Notes under the pieces: model-generated | Seen by the model: only the letters and a program-made list of their open reading frames with translations | What the model was told of the DNA's origin: nothing | Databases searched by the model: none | Shown: in pieces, positions 32,765 to 35,549 of the stretch | Layout of the letters: each line of letters begins with the position of its first letter | Position numbering within the stretch: position 1 is the stretch's first letter | Origin: Macrostomum lignano | Taxonomy: Eukaryota | Reading direction: 5' to 3' | Assembly: GCA_002269645.1 (NCBI GenBank) | Contig: NIVC01003783.1 | Location: forward strand, 1-35,549 | DNA: 35,549 nt | Program-made: the position numbers and the translations under genes

Positions 32765-33599
32765 GCAGCATAGGCTGTACGTCACTGTTAATTAATTAAA
32801 AATATTGTACTGTAACTACTACTAGTAGTACTTCTAGTCGAGCCAGCCGGCTCAATGTCATGAGTAGTGTAGCGAGTAGTAGTAGCGTTTCTCTTTGGTA
32901 TGGGCAGCTCCCAGCAGTAGCTTGCCGGCTTCCATGCCATCTCCGTCTCATAGCTAAAATATATTTGCGTCGACTTGTCAGCGTCGATTGCACATATGCT
33001 AATGAAAGTAAGGAAGGATATTGAATTCCATTACGAAAAATCATTGCAGAATAATGGGAGAAGGAAAGAAGACTGACAGAATGAATTCCAAGAAGGACCA
33101 CGAGAAGCGGGCCGAAAAAGAGAAGCGGAAGATAAAGAGCAGCGGAAAGATAGACCTGATACTGACAATACTGGCCTTGTGAGAAAAGCTAGCCGTGTGA
33201 TTCAGAACTATAAGAGCTAGTTAGTTGAGAAGCTCAGCATCCCACACAACACACTTGATGAGACGAAGTTTTTTTCAATAAAAGCAGAATGACTCAGTAT
33301 TGTCTGTAGCTTAAGAAGTAATTTGCAGTTTCCACTAGCTTGAAAAATCTTGCTGCAATAGGAATTGAATGCCCACCCTGCCCAAACTCAATTGTGTCAT
33401 GCTTAAGTAAGATTGAAAATCTGGCAGAGCATCAAGACAGCTCGCTTTTTTCTAAAATTTTAAAATCGTTTCCACTCAGCGACATTCTGCTTTAAGCTCA
33501 GATTTACGAGAATCTGGTAAGCAAACTCAACCATCACTTACATAACATATAGAATATACTCGTAGAATAGATAATGTAGATTAATTAATTATATGTGGA

Positions 33600-34191
33600 T
33601 TTTCTCCTTTGACAATCCTCTTAGCGCCAACTCGAATAATAGCAATTGAAAACCAAATGGAAGTTGACAACGCGGATGAGTACTGAAAAAGTTTAGAGCA
33701 CCTACTGCAGTCAATTTTCAAGAGCAACGAGTTGAGCAACTGGAAGGTGTGGGTTCGCAAATACAACGCTATTGCAAAACTACCGTTTCCTATATCCACC
33801 AGCACGGGTGGCCTACCTAAAACCTCCAATGAAAAAGAAAAAAAAGAAAAAGAATCCATCCTCGTGAGAAGCTGTGGATGCTCGGGATCCATCGAATGAA
33901 GAATTCCGTACTGGTAGATTTACTATTCATGTTGTAAAGGATCAACTCATCCAGATCTTCAACAAGCTAAAGCGCCTTAATAACTATGGAGTCAAGTATG
34001 GCATCCAAGCAGGAGCAATTTACAACAATATGAAGCGTCCTCTCGAAGGATCAGTTCAAGGAACTAAAGACATCCACCCGCTTCAGCAATGCGTGGATCA
34101 ACTTTCAAATGAAGCTTGCGAGTTTGGCGCAGGCACACCCACGCCTACATGGGTGCACGCGATCACTGTATCAGATTCAGTCGTGCATTAA
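33600..34191 (+). pseudogene. Degraded unidentified coding segment, possibly Polinton-associated
   Basis: Long reading broken by one stop and a shift at an A-rich run (~33835-33850); protein not recognised. Confidence 0.3.
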
Positions 34192-34246
34192 CATCTGCCG
34201 AAGTCATGAAGAAGCTGGATGAAGAGGCAGCGGAAGAGTTGTTGCG

Positions 34247-34400
34247 ACAACCTCAAATTTGAAAACTGCAGTATCTTTTTTTGGGGTGGGTGCTGTGAGC
34301 TATTGGTTGAATGAGACAGATGGCTTATTATAGGTTTGTGCATAATTGACAACAACCTCAAATTTGAAAACTGCAGCATGTTTTTGGGGTGGATGCTAAG
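34247..34400 (+). repeat. Direct repeat (~50 bp, 105-bp spacing)
   Basis: ACAACCTCAAATTTGAAAACTGCAG identical at 34247 and 34352, followed by similar T-run/GGGGTGG. Confidence 0.9.
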
Positions 34401-34797
34401 GAGACATTATCATTCATTAATAACTATCTATTCTATTTGACATGGTACGTTTTCTAGCGACTTGCATGAGTCACTTCTATTGGATGCTAAAATTAAAAAA
34501 ATTTTGGCAGACATTTTGAGCAATTAAAATAATCTGGCCTCTTTTGTGCTCGCGAGAGGTCTTTTGTGTCTGAGAGTCTTTTGCTTTTTTTGTTACTAAA
34601 TATAGATCCACGCAAGATAGGTGAGCCACTAGACTTGTACAATGGAAAGGGTCTTTTTGATACTAAAAGCACAATATCCAACTCCGTAAAAGACAAATCT
34701 ACCTTTCATAGGAGAGGCAGGTGCAGCAGCAGGCTTTATCGCTACAACAGTTAACGCAGCTCAACTCTGTAGATTACTTAAATTTATTTTTATAAAA

Positions 34798-35225
34798 ATG
34801 GCCTTCAATAAACCACTATTTCTTGGTTCTGCTATAGACATTCAGTTAGCAGTAACTAAATTGCCACCCATTTTCTCCACTGGAAAATATCCTGGCGAAT
34901 TTTATATTCCAGGATATTCTTTCACTGGCCAAGGTACAAATTTAGACAAGAGACTCAATCTAATTACAGACTGGCCTCAGTATGACAGTCTACCAATTAA
35001 CCCAATAGATTGGACTGCTTACTATCATGACAAAAGCTATAGAGATGCTGAAAAGACGTCTTCAACTTCAGAGGAAGCCTTAGCAAAGAAGCACATTGCT
35101 GATGAAAAAATGATAACTTATTTAGAGTCTATTCCAACCAGTGACTTGTCTGTGAAAGAGAGACTCGTTCGAAATCTAGTAAAGCGTATTATCAAAGCTT
35201 AAGTTCGGTTTGGATTAGGCATTCA
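34798..35225 (+). pseudogene. Parvovirus-type phospholipase A2 protein of Polintons (PLA2X-like)
   Basis: PGYSFTGQGTNLDKRL...PINPIDWTAYYHDKSY...KHIADEKM, then IIKA*VRFGLG (premature stop in a typical KAKxxFGLG end). Confidence 0.85.
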
Positions 35226-35244
35226 TACTCACAACCCCAAACAA

Positions 35245-35549
35245 TTGTATAGACTGTCTAAATATTACAGTGAGGGTCTTAGCTATAATGATGCAGTGAA
35301 ATTGCATAGGGAATACAGAAAACCAAGACTGTTTAGAAAAATGATTCACTATGCAAACGACACAATTTGGCATGCAGATATCATTATCCTACCACCTGAA
35401 AGAGGTTACAAATATGCTCTCACTATCATAGATGGTTTTACACGTTACGCTTGGCAGTTCCTTTGAAAAAAGACGGGAGCGAAAAGTTACAGAAGCTTTC
35501 CAAAAAGTATTTAAGGAATCAGGAAGACGATCCGAGAGACATTGTGTAG
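35245..35549 (+). pseudogene. Polinton retroviral-like integrase, N-terminal part (frameshifted)
   Basis: KLHREYRKPRLFRK...IWHADII...GYKYALTIIDGFTRYAW, then PLKK.TG...VTEAFQKVFKESGR in shifted frames. Confidence 0.88.

Larger units (their letters stand above)
34440..35549 (+). mobile_element. Maverick/Polinton (adintovirus-like) fragment, runs off the window
   Basis: Adjacent PLA2-like and Polinton-type integrase genes in tandem; left boundary unknown. Confidence 0.8.

Noticed and set aside
32821-32860. Helitron 3' end on the minus strand (GAGCC hairpin plus CTAG)
   Set aside because: The hairpin is better explained as the inverted copy of the ORF repeat, and no Helitron 5' end or Rep/helicase is seen.

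Overview
This is a eukaryotic window, probably from an invertebrate animal, made almost entirely of nested and decayed mobile elements. No complete conventional host gene is recognisable. In order: three diverged LTRs followed by PBS-like sequences (about 0.7-1.5 kb, 2.4-3.1 kb, 9.3-9.9 kb) that share a conserved hairpin; a degraded Gypsy gag/protease remnant interrupted by a 3.9-kb CCCGC-ended DNA transposon (3-bp TSD ATG); a Crypton-type tyrosine recombinase pseudogene; and an RNase H-bearing non-LTR retrotransposon lacking its endonuclease. A large Gypsy element (about 16.8-27.6 kb) carries a -1 frameshift signal and an extra 3' ORF. Its protease is interrupted by a Penelope-like element (GIY-YIG plus type I hammerhead ribozyme), which is split by a second CCCGC-ended transposon (TSD AGA), which in turn holds an LTR plus a tRNA-Leu PBS. 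Further on are a second gag remnant, an internally deleted CACTA/EnSpm transposase, a Tc1/mariner MITE and a decayed Polinton/adintovirus segment (PLA2 plus integrase). The standout is an intact 252-codon ORF (32006-32764) between the CACTA and Polinton remnants. It encodes a stand-alone CtIP/Sae2 C-terminal domain lacking the canonical CDK T-P site. All family assignments come from motif recognition by eye, with no database searches.
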